A stretch of 32,000 nucleotides of DNA from Candidatus Saganbacteria bacterium. Its GTDB lineage: Bacteria; Margulisbacteria; WOR-1; JAKLHX01. This document shows, one piece after another, positions 17,385 through 25,038 of this stretch. The notes below the pieces were generated by a model, which did no database searches, was not told the DNA's origin, and was given only the letters and a program-made list of their open reading frames with translations. The translations under genes and the position numbers were made by a program. The stretch covers positions 156,218 through 188,217 of the forward strand of contig JAPLKZ010000007.1 of NCBI GenBank assembly GCA_026387835.1, given 5' to 3'. Within the stretch, counting starts at the first letter, position 1. Each line of letters opens with the position of its first letter.

Positions 17385-18169
17385 GCATTAAAAAAGAAGA
17401 AAAATATTTCGATTATGTCGGCAAGGAGACTCTCCTGTTCTTCAGGGATTTTGGCGGCATCTGCATCCTTCTATGGCAGGCGCTGACGAGGTCTTTCACT
17501 AAAAAGCTGAATATAAAAAATGTGTATGATCAGCTGGTCAGAATAGGCAACGATTCGATCCCCGTTTCACTCATAACGGCATTTTTTGTCGGCATGGTAT
17601 TTGCTGTGCAGATCGCTACGGAGTTCACAAAGTTCGGCGCAGGCAGGATGGTAGGCGCAGTGATGGCCCTGGCAATCGCAAGGGAACTGGCCCCGATCTT
17701 GACGGCAGTGGTCCTGGCGGGGCGCGTGGGCGCGGCGATCGCCGCGGAGATCGGCACGATGAACGTCACTCAGCAGATCGATGCGATGAGAGCCCTGGGA
17801 ACGAATCCTATAAACTATTTGGTAGTGCCAAGGTTCCTGGCGTCGGTGATAATGTTCCCTGTTCTTACGCTTTTTGCCGACCTGATTGGCTTCATCGGAT
17901 CTTTTCTTGTCTCTGTATTTCTCGCAAATATCAATCCGTACAGCTATTTAGAAGCTACTGAACAATTCCTTAAGACGGGAGATATCCTGGCAGGGCTGTT
18001 GAAAGCTGTCGTGTTCGGTGCTCTCGTCTCGATCATCGCCTGCCAGATGGGGCTCAATTCAAAGAACGGGGCAAAAGGCGTGGGAGAAGCCACCACGGCT
18101 TCGGTCGTGATCTCTCTGATAACGATATTTGTGGCGAACTATTTCATGTCAGTGGCATTGTTCAAATGA
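17369..18169 (+). CDS. mlaE: MlaE-family lipid ABC transporter permease
   Basis: 266 aa, polytopic, with IGNDSIPVSLITAFFVGMVFAVQ, GRVGAAIAAEIGTMNVTQQIDAMRALG and an EATTASVV-type C-terminus. It is followed by the ATPase and the MCE protein. Confidence 0.88.
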   Translation: MRFGLSIKKEEKYFDYVGKETLLFFRDFGGICILLWQALTRSFTKKLNIKNVYDQLVRIGNDSIPVSLITAFFVGMVFAVQIATEFTKFGAGRMVGAVMALAIARELAPILTAVVLAGRVGAAIAAEIGTMNVTQQIDAMRALGTNPINYLVVPRFLASVIMFPVLTLFADLIGFIGSFLVSVFLANINPYSYLEATEQFLKTGDILAGLLKAVVFGALVSIIACQMGLNSKNGAKGVGEATTASVVISLITIFVANYFMSVALFK

Positions 18170-18894
18170 TAAAAATAACATCTCTGACAAAAACATTCGG
18201 TAATAAAAAAGTTCTTGACGATGTCAGCCTTGAGATACCCGACGGCCAGAAGCTGGCAGTTATAGGCCCGTCAGGCTGCGGCAAAAGCACTTTGCTCAGG
18301 TTGTTGATAGGTCTCACCGGACCGACAAGAGGATCAGTGAATATTAACGGCAAAGAGATAACCGTGATGAGCGAAGACAGGCTGATGAAGATCAGGGCCG
18401 GCATCGGCATGGTATTCCAAAGTTCGGCTCTGTTTGATTCGATGAGCGTGTACGAGAACATCGCTTTCGGGCTCAGACAGAACTCCGGGCTCCCCGAGGA
18501 CCTTATCAGAAAAAAAGTAGCGGAAAAACTTGAGATGGTAGAGCTCCCGCATATAGAAGGACTTATGCCCGGGGAACTGTCCGGCGGGATGCAGAAAAGG
18601 GTAAGCTTCGCGAGGGCGATCGCAAATGACCCTTCAATAATCCTTTATGATGAACCGACTACAGGGCTTGACCCCGTGACTTCCACTGTGATCGAGGACC
18701 TGATCAACAAACTGACAAGAGAGCTTAAAGCTACGGGTGTATTGGTGACCCATCAGTTGTCTACGATATTTAGGACAAGCGACAGGATAGTGATGATGAA
18801 CGAAAGTAAATTCATCGAGGCCGGGTCGGTAGAGCAGGCAATAAATTCATCTAACCCGATAGTAAAAAACTTCATTAAAGGAGGTCTTCCGTGA
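18166..18894 (+). CDS. mlaF: MlaF-type ABC transporter ATP-binding protein
   Basis: 242 aa with Walker A GPSGCGKST, signature LSGGMQKRVSFARA, and Walker B ILYDEPTTGLD. The start overlaps the mlaE stop (ATGA). Confidence 0.9.
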   Translation: MIKITSLTKTFGNKKVLDDVSLEIPDGQKLAVIGPSGCGKSTLLRLLIGLTGPTRGSVNINGKEITVMSEDRLMKIRAGIGMVFQSSALFDSMSVYENIAFGLRQNSGLPEDLIRKKVAEKLEMVELPHIEGLMPGELSGGMQKRVSFARAIANDPSIILYDEPTTGLDPVTSTVIEDLINKLTRELKATGVLVTHQLSTIFRTSDRIVMMNESKFIEAGSVEQAINSSNPIVKNFIKGGLP

Positions 18895-20006
18895 TGTCAA
18901 ATCAAATAAAAGTGGGGATAGTCGTCTCGATCGCTATTTTGCTTTTAGGGGCGATCGTGACATGGAAAAGCGCCATACTGATGCGTTTTACCGGCTATGA
19001 GATGATCGGTTCGTTTGAAAACATAGAGGGGCTTACGACCGGTTCGGAGATCAGGTACAGGGGTTTTAAGGTGGGTAAAGTGATGCGGATCGATCCGGGC
19101 ACTGAGGACATAAGGATCTATTGTAATATCGATAACAGCATCAAATTTCCGGCGGATTCGACCTTGCGCGTGGCATTTGACGGGCTTGTCGGGATGAAAT
19201 TCCTAGAGGTCAGGCCGGGACATTCTCAAGCGCTGTACAAGCCTTCACAGGTATTATACGGGCAGAAGACCTCAGGGATCGTTGATTTTGTCGATATGGG
19301 CACGCAGAACCTTATAGAAACAAAAAAAATCCTGATTTCGATAGCAAATATTGTCGAAAGGCCGGAAATACAACAATCATTCGTAAATGCCGTCTTTAAC
19401 ATCGAAAAAGCCACTGAAGAGATAAACCGTCTGACTAAGGAGCTGATCGTGCTGGCTAACTCGATCAACAATATCGTTGCGGACAAGAGTTTTCAAAATA
19501 ACGTGAAAGGCATCGCAAATTCAACGGACAAGACACTTTCATCCGCAAATAAATTCTTTGAAGGTGTCGGGAACATGCAGATAAAGCCGAGCGGTGATCT
19601 GCTGTTCGGAGGCCTGTCTAATCAGATAAAAGGAAACCTTGATTTTTCGACCGGAGGCGACACGCATGTTTTATTGGCAATGGGGGAGGGCGGGCCTACC
19701 AGAAATCTCTCGATGCTTGATGTGCAGGTCGCGAGCACCGTTGCAAAGAATCTGGGCTTAAGAATAGGAATGATCAATACTTATCTCGGCGGCGGTGTCG
19801 ATATGAGGTTCAATGACAGGTTCATGCTGAGCGGCGACATCTATGACTTCAACAATCCGAAACCTAATTATCCCAAGCTCAGACTTACAGGAGAATACAA
19901 GTTCGTGGATTATGTGAACCTCCTGTTCCAGGCGGATGATTTTCTTAACGGTCGCGCGAATGCCAATTATTCTCTGGGTGTGAGGATAAAGAGCAGCGTT
20001 GATTAA
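18894..20006 (+). CDS. mlaD: MCE-domain protein (long MlaD) with helical and beta-rich C-terminal extension
   Basis: N-terminal TM helix (VGIVVSIAILLLGAIV). MCE domain (GSFENIEGLTTGSEIRYRGFKVGKVMRIDPG...LVGMKFLEVRPG). A roughly 100-aa helical segment, then about 145 aa with alternating-polarity strands (RLTGEYKFVDYVNLLFQADDF, NANYSLGVRIKS). An AAAGGAGG Shine-Dalgarno sequence is present. GTG 18891 is an alternative start. Confidence 0.85.
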   Translation: MSNQIKVGIVVSIAILLLGAIVTWKSAILMRFTGYEMIGSFENIEGLTTGSEIRYRGFKVGKVMRIDPGTEDIRIYCNIDNSIKFPADSTLRVAFDGLVGMKFLEVRPGHSQALYKPSQVLYGQKTSGIVDFVDMGTQNLIETKKILISIANIVERPEIQQSFVNAVFNIEKATEEINRLTKELIVLANSINNIVADKSFQNNVKGIANSTDKTLSSANKFFEGVGNMQIKPSGDLLFGGLSNQIKGNLDFSTGGDTHVLLAMGEGGPTRNLSMLDVQVASTVAKNLGLRIGMINTYLGGGVDMRFNDRFMLSGDIYDFNNPKPNYPKLRLTGEYKFVDYVNLLFQADDFLNGRANANYSLGVRIKSSVD

Positions 20007-20056
20007 TGTCAATTGAACAACTGCTTTACGGTCAATAACCAAGGTAAGATACTTAT

Positions 20057-20470
20057 ATGTCAGGACAAATGGATATAACAACAGGTTTACTCTATAAAGG
20101 CGACCAAAAATGGCTGGATTACTCATTGAGTGCTTACTCGGATTTCTGTAATAATTTTATAATATTGAACACATCTAATAAGAATTCCACGATCACAGCG
20201 CGAACGGCCAATAGCTGGCGACAAAAAGGATTAAATGTTTCATTAGTCTCAACAGCCGGCGTCAATAAAGAGCCAAAGGCATATCTTTATAAAATGGTGA
20301 AAAAAGAACGGACAAAATGGATGTTGTTCTTGAACGAAGGAGAGATACTAGGAGAGGAAGCAAAAGACCAGATGCCTGTGTTATTGGATGATAATTCTGC
20401 TCAGGGTTTCAGATTTTTTGTGAGGACATTATGGGATTCTAAAAAAGAGTTCAGGTGCGATAAGGGGTAG
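20057..20470 (+). CDS. N-terminal piece of a catalytically degenerate GT2-like domain
   Basis: 137 aa. It matches the pattern of the downstream GT2 domain but has lost the acidic residues: FIILNTSNKNST versus the usual VVDTGSTD-type motif, and WMLFLNEGEIL versus WLDADD. Confidence 0.45.
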   Translation: MSGQMDITTGLLYKGDQKWLDYSLSAYSDFCNNFIILNTSNKNSTITARTANSWRQKGLNVSLVSTAGVNKEPKAYLYKMVKKERTKWMLFLNEGEILGEEAKDQMPVLLDDNSAQGFRFFVRTLWDSKKEFRCDKG

Positions 20471-20749
20471 ATAAGGACCAGAGCTGGGATATTCAGAGAT
20501 ACGATTGCGGGTAAGGAACAGGATGTTCTTACAGCCAGATTAATCAGGAATAACAGGCCTGATGAGGGGCTGGGAGATGCAGGGCAGTGTGAATTCGGGG
20601 GTTATATTCCGGCATACATTGATAAGATCTCTATTAAGAACGTATATATTAGATTAATAGAAGATATATTCGAAACAAATGCAAAAAGAGTCAGATTCGT
20701 TTCAAAGGTAAAACAATATGATAGAAAAGCAGCAAAAGAATATCAGCGC

Positions 20750-21877
20750 ATGCTCAGGAACAATTCTAAAGAAAAGACTTTAGGGCTGATGATAGAGGAT
20801 GCAAAGACAGAAGCTACGGTATCGCTGTGCATGATTGTAAAAGATGAATATAAAGAGCTTGAAAAATGTCTTGAAAGTGCAAAGGGCATGTACGACGAAC
20901 TTGTGGTCGTATGGAATGGAAATGATCCGAAAACAATGGATGTTATGGAAGAAAATTGTGCCAAGGTGATTAAGTACAGATGGAAAGACGATTTTTCAGA
21001 TGCAAGAAATCTTTCATTAAAGAATGCTAGCTGTAAGCGGGTACTCTGGCTTGATGCCGACGATGTAGTATCGAAAGACTGCGGTGCCGATCTGAAAGAA
21101 TTTCTGAGATACTGTGAAAGTGCGGCACTCCATCTGCCGGTCGAGATGTCGGGCAATTCCGGACAAAAAGCCCATTCAATAAGGGTAATAAAAAATGGCT
21201 ACAAGGTAAAGTTTAAGAACAAAGTGCATGAAGTATTAAAATTCCCAAAAAGGTATCTCGTATCATATTTTCCACTGAAGATAATACATGAAGGCTATAC
21301 GGATAGCGTGGCGCTTGAAAATAAGGAGCAAAGGAATGAAAAAATACTAAAAAGGATGCTGAAAGACAAGCACGACAACAGCAACGCACTGTTTTATTTA
21401 GGGATGAATGAAACAAATATCAAATCAAGTACAAAATACATTAATAAATATTTAAAACTCAACAGGGGAACAAATGACCTTAAAGAGATGGCACTTACGA
21501 AACTAGCTGCAAATTATCTCAAGAACGGAGATCTTAAAAAAGCCATAAAGTTCGGGTATAAAGCTTTGGAATATAATAATCTGCTGGCAGCGGCATATAT
21601 CATTATCGGGAACGCTTTGGAGATGGAATATAAATACCATCAGGCGGTAACTATGTATGAAACGGCCAAAATATCAAAGCCAAATGAAACGGCAATGTTT
21701 CTGAGCGATGTAAATGATTATACGTATACCCCAAGGCTCAATCTCGGAAAATTGTATATTAAAATGGGGGATCTTGAAAAAGCAAAAGAAAATTTGACCG
21801 AAGCCTTGAAATACAGGCCTGGCGATGCCGAATGCACTCAGATCTTATCCAACAGATTGATTTTCCCTGCAAGTTAA
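20750..21877 (+). CDS. Family-2 glycosyltransferase with C-terminal TPR repeats
   Basis: 375 aa with VSLCMIVKDEYKELEKCLES, DELVVVWNG, WKDDFSDARN, a DxD motif in VLWLDADDVV, and IIHEGY. The C-terminal half has TPR-like repeats (ALFYLGM, LAANYLKNGDLKKAIKFGYKALEYN, LGKLYIKMGDLEKAKENLTEALKYRP). The true start is uncertain (see the TAG finding). Confidence 0.75.
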   Translation: MLRNNSKEKTLGLMIEDAKTEATVSLCMIVKDEYKELEKCLESAKGMYDELVVVWNGNDPKTMDVMEENCAKVIKYRWKDDFSDARNLSLKNASCKRVLWLDADDVVSKDCGADLKEFLRYCESAALHLPVEMSGNSGQKAHSIRVIKNGYKVKFKNKVHEVLKFPKRYLVSYFPLKIIHEGYTDSVALENKEQRNEKILKRMLKDKHDNSNALFYLGMNETNIKSSTKYINKYLKLNRGTNDLKEMALTKLAANYLKNGDLKKAIKFGYKALEYNNLLAAAYIIIGNALEMEYKYHQAVTMYETAKISKPNETAMFLSDVNDYTYTPRLNLGKLYIKMGDLEKAKENLTEALKYRPGDAECTQILSNRLIFPAS

Positions 21878-22239
21878 AAGTTATTGATATCATTGATACA
21901 AATATGCATCAAATCGATAAATAACGTGCCTATAAAAGCGTTTAAATATGGCTTTTTTGAGTCATTTAGCCTCTATTTCGTCCTATTTCTGCATAATCTT
22001 TTAAAAAGGGCCTAAATCAGCCATGTTCTCCGCTGCCTGAGTATGGGCCGAAAGACCTGCAGCCATACATTATATAGATATCCACAAGGGCAAACCATAA
22101 GCGTCGCATAATATATCTTATGTCAAGTTATGGTAAGGGGGGTATGTGTATGGATTATTTGTGGAACCGTGTTTTTTATGATAATTATCAGTGCAAGTTA
22201 TTTGATAGTGGCAACGATAGATAATTGAGGAAAGAAAAA

Positions 22240-22437
22240 ATGACAACTGGTAACCTTGGAATATATATTGATATTAACAAAAATGGAACAGTCGATGCTG
22301 ATGAAAAAAAGTGGATGGATGATTATTTGCAGAATGAAGTGAAAGATATTAATGATAAGATGAAAAAACTCAATAAGAACCTTATTAATCAATTATCGGG
22401 AAATGATGAAGACGATCCGACATCCTCTGTTGCATAA
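22240..22437 (+). CDS. 65-aa acidic protein with one canonical EF-hand calcium-binding loop
   Basis: The ATG at 22240 follows a GAGG Shine-Dalgarno sequence (22227-22230). The loop DINKNGTVDADE fits the 12-residue EF-hand pattern D-x-N-x-N-G-x-V-D-x-x-E. It is followed by a helical K/N-rich segment and an acidic tail. The ORF track starts at TTG 22225. Confidence 0.55.
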   Translation: MTTGNLGIYIDINKNGTVDADEKKWMDDYLQNEVKDINDKMKKLNKNLINQLSGNDEDDPTSSVA

Positions 22438-22476
22438 ACCTGTCTTGCTCCTTGATCTAGAACAGGGTTTATTTTT
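22436..22476 (+). terminator. Probable intrinsic terminator, possibly bidirectional, between the small ORF and purQ
   Basis: Imperfect stem, aaacctgtct (22436-22445) with agaacagggttt (22459-22470), containing two single-nucleotide bulges. It is followed by atttttcc. An A-rich run on the opposite side faces the purQ end. Confidence 0.45.
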
Positions 22477-22523
22477 CCTCCTACCCTATCAAGATAATTA
22501 AAACCGATAGTAGTATTACCAGA

Positions 22524-23210
22524 TCAGGAATTAAGTATCGATCTGAATATATACACGCCATCCTCGCAGCCGAGGACCTTTTCCGTCACCCTTTCCGGGT
22601 GAGGCATCATACCCAGAACATTGCGAGCTTCATTGCAGATACCGGCTATATTGTTCATTGAACCATTGGGATTATATTTTGCTGACACTGAACCGGACGG
22701 GCTGCAGTAGCGGAACACTACCTGCCCTTTCTTTTCGATCTTAGCAAGGGTCTCTTTATCGGCAGTATAATTGCCGTCAAAATGGGCTATCGGTACCGTC
22801 AGGACCTGTCCTTTTTTACATTTATTAGTGAAGGGTGTCTTGGCGTTCTCGACACGGATACTGACGTTCTTGCAGAGGAACTTGAGGTGCCTGTTCTTCT
22901 GGAGCGCTCCCGGCAAAAGTCCGGCCTCGGTAAGTATCTGGAACCCGTTGCATATCCCGAGCACCAGCCCCCTGTCCTTCTTTACATATTCTATTATGGA
23001 GTTCATCACCGGCGAGAACCTGGCTATTGCGCCTGACCTGAGGTAATCCCCGTAGGAAAACCCGCCCGGGACGATTATAAGGTCATAGCCTTTTATGCTG
23101 CTTTCCTCATGCCACACGAGGTCTGTCTTGGCGTTAAGGACCTTCTTCGCGACATGGTAGCAGTCCCAATCGCAGTTGCTTCCTGGGAACACTATTACGG
23201 CTGCCTTCAT
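22524..23210 (-). CDS. purQ: Phosphoribosylformylglycinamidine synthase, glutaminase subunit
   Basis: 228 aa with [19 protein letters not shown], the catalytic Cys context [10 protein letters not shown], and the C-terminal MMPHPER. Confidence 0.93.
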   Translation of the reverse strand: MKAAVIVFPGSNCDWDCYHVAKKVLNAKTDLVWHEESSIKGYDLIIVPGGFSYGDYLRSGAIARFSPVMNSIIEYVKKDRGLVLGICNGFQILTEAGLLPGALQKNRHLKFLCKNVSIRVENAKTPFTNKCKKGQVLTVPIAHFDGNYTADKETLAKIEKKGQVVFRYCSPSGSVSAKYNPNGSMNNIAGICNEARNVLGMMPHPERVTEKVLGCEDGVYIFRSILNS

Positions 23211-23211
23211 C

Positions 23212-23460
23212 CTAGATTTCCTCGATCTCGAAGGTGTATTGTTCGACCACGGGGTTTGCCAGGAGTTTCTTGCACATCTCGCTCACCTGGTGCCTTGTGT
23301 CTTCTATGCTTTTAGCGTCTATCTTTATATCTATCAGTTTACCGATCTTAACCTCGGACACGCTAGTGTATTTGAGCGCGTGAAGGGCGTCCTTTATCGT
23401 CTTGCCCTGCGGATCAAGTATCCCTTTCTTGTGCCTCACAAAAACTTTTACCAGATACAT
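23212..23460 (-). CDS. purS: Phosphoribosylformylglycinamidine synthase subunit PurS
   Basis: 82 aa with [26 protein letters not shown].. and [14 protein letters not shown]. It lies immediately upstream of purQ. Confidence 0.9.
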   Translation of the reverse strand: MYLVKVFVRHKKGILDPQGKTIKDALHALKYTSVSEVKIGKLIDIKIDAKSIEDTRHQVSEMCKKLLANPVVEQYTFEIEEI

Positions 23461-23663
23461 CCTTTTCTCCTTCTTGTCAAATATATTTTAAGAGCTAAAA
23501 ACCGGTGTTCCGATATGGGTGACGATTAAGCCTTATTCATCACCCCTTTGGTCACTTTGAACCTTTCAGCCCTTCCTCTTAAGCCTTTTAAAACCGTTTA
23601 AATACACTGCAAGGCATAGATATCATAATCGGCGCTATATATGGTGCCCCCATATCTGGAGTG

Positions 23664-24956
23664 TCACAGGCCGAATCTCTTGTAGACGGCATAAAGATTC
23701 CTGGTGAAATAGTTCAGGTCGAACAGACCTTCGATCTTGTCTTTTGGTATATGTTTTTGGAGCTCGCTGTCCTGCATGCAGACATCCTTCATTGGCCTGC
23801 CTTTTGACCTGGCTTCCATGGCGCATGCCTGGACGATTTTGTACGCATCTTCCCGGGTCAGGCCGCTGTCTACAAGGGTCAACAGGATCCTTTGTGAAAA
23901 GACGATCCCTCCGGACCTTTCAATATTGGCGAGCATGTTCTCGGGATGCACGACAAGCCCGTCCATCAAAGAGGTGAACTTGTTCAGCATGTAGTCGATA
24001 AGGATATTCGAGTCGGGGATGATGATCCTTTCCCCTGCCGAGTTGGAAAGGTCCCTTTCGTGCCACAGGGGAATATTTTCCATTGCAGCCAGGCAGTTAC
24101 CCCTGATCACCCTTGCAAGGCTTGTTATGCGTTCGGATATTATAGGGTTCTTTTTATGAGGCATTGCGGACGAACCCTTCTGTCCCTTTTTAAACGGCTC
24201 CTCTACCTCAAGTATCTCGGTCCTTGAAAGGTTCCTTATCTCGGTCGCGAACTTTTCCAATGAGCCGGCGATCAAGGCGAGGGTCGCCATGTACTCCGCT
24301 ATCCTGTCCCTCTGGAGCACCTGGGTAGAGGCGGGAGAGGGCTTAAGTCCCAGTTTGTTGCATACCATCTCCTCTATCTTCGGTTCAAGGTTGGCATAAG
24401 ACCCCACGGCGCCGGATATCTTGCCGACGTTTACTGACTCCTTTGCCTTTTTCATCCTTTCAAGGTTACGTTCCATCTCAGCTATCCATACGCAGAGTTT
24501 GAAAGCAAAAGTTATTGGCTCGGCATGGACCCCGTGTGTCCTGCCCATCATCATCGTGCCCTTGTTCTCTCCAGCCCGTTTTTTTAGTGCCACTATAGTC
24601 TTTTCAATATCCTCTATGATGATGTCAGAGGAAGCTTTTAATCGCAGGGAAAGCGCCGTATCTTCCACGTCATAAGAGGTCAGTCCTATGTGGATATAGC
24701 GGGAGTCCTCCCCCACTTTTTCGGCGACGCACGTGGTGAAAGCGATCAGGTCGTGGTCGACTATCTTCTCGATCTCATTTATCCGCTCGATCGAAAAAGA
24801 TGCATTTTTCCTGATATTTTCGAGGGACTTGCCGGGGATCTTGCCGAGCTCAGACCAGACCTCGCATACGGCCAACTCAACGTCAAGCCAGCTCTGGAAC
24901 TTGGCCTGCTCGTTCCATATGGCCCCCATTTTTGGAAGAGTGTATCGGTCGATCAT
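23664..24956 (-). CDS. purB: Adenylosuccinate lyase
   Basis: 430 aa with MIDRYTLPKMGAIWNEQ, IHIGLTSYDVEDTA, MMGRTHGVHAEPITF and the signature GSSAMPHKKNP. Confidence 0.94.
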   Translation of the reverse strand: MIDRYTLPKMGAIWNEQAKFQSWLDVELAVCEVWSELGKIPGKSLENIRKNASFSIERINEIEKIVDHDLIAFTTCVAEKVGEDSRYIHIGLTSYDVEDTALSLRLKASSDIIIEDIEKTIVALKKRAGENKGTMMMGRTHGVHAEPITFAFKLCVWIAEMERNLERMKKAKESVNVGKISGAVGSYANLEPKIEEMVCNKLGLKPSPASTQVLQRDRIAEYMATLALIAGSLEKFATEIRNLSRTEILEVEEPFKKGQKGSSAMPHKKNPIISERITSLARVIRGNCLAAMENIPLWHERDLSNSAGERIIIPDSNILIDYMLNKFTSLMDGLVVHPENMLANIERSGGIVFSQRILLTLVDSGLTREDAYKIVQACAMEARSKGRPMKDVCMQDSELQKHIPKDKIEGLFDLNYFTRNLYAVYKRFGL

Positions 24957-24976
24957 TACTTTCTCCTTGCAGGATA

Positions 24977-24985
24977 ATTATAACA
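24977..24985 (-). promoter_or_regulatory. Extended -10 promoter element TGtTATAAT for purB (minus strand)
   Basis: The reverse complement of attataaca (24977-24985) reads TGTTATAAT. It lies about 20 nt upstream of the purB ATG, and a GGAGAAAG Shine-Dalgarno sequence lies between them. Confidence 0.5.
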
Positions 24986-25038
24986 TATGGCTGAAATCTG
25001 ATGATTATTATTTCGATAATAAAATAGAGGGTCCTTCA

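Larger units (their letters stand above)
20057..21877 (+). pseudogene. A single 607-codon frame encoding a degenerate GT2-like domain, an intact GT2 domain and TPR repeats, interrupted by one in-frame TAG at 20468-20470. It is either a pseudogene or a readthrough/split gene.
   Basis: ORFs 20057-20470 and 20750-21877 are in the same frame. I translated 20471-20749 codon by codon and found no stop in 93 codons of AT-rich DNA, and no ATG, GTG or TTG either. Homology to the GT2 fold appears to continue across the TAG. Confidence 0.5.

Noticed and set aside
20468-20470. Reassignment of TAG as a sense codon (alternative genetic code) to explain the in-frame amber
   Set aside because: TAG terminates mraY (1485-1487) and the dCMP deaminase (9648-9650) at positions matching the normal family C-termini. 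TAG is therefore a genuine stop in this genome. No pyl genes were seen in the window.
22031-22064. Hammerhead-like ribozyme core (CUGAGUA .. GAAA) in the non-coding gap
   Set aside because: The heptamer deviates from the CUGANGA core (U instead of the invariant G at position 8). The GAAA is a hairpin loop rather than the junction strand. The three-helix junction cannot be drawn.
23470-23480. TTGACA hexamer (minus strand) just upstream of purS, considered as a -35 box
   Set aside because: It lies only about 16 nt from the purS ATG and overlaps the AAGGAG Shine-Dalgarno region. That leaves no room for a -10 element and a transcription start.
23461-23663. Purine, ZTP or PRPP riboswitch upstream of purS/purQ
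   Set aside because: I could not find the conserved cores in either orientation, for example UAUAAUC..GGAUAUGGC..CUACC for purine, or the GGGUCGUGACUGGCG / CCGCCUGGGC elements of ZTP. The region is retained only as an unexplained structured spacer.
24733-25038. 5' extension of the 474-aa ORF (24733-26157)
   Set aside because: The first roughly 100 codons lie antisense to the strongly supported purB CDS and have no recognisable features. An ATG at 25039 with an AGAGGG Shine-Dalgarno sequence sits in the true intergenic region, and the HAD motif I follows shortly after it.
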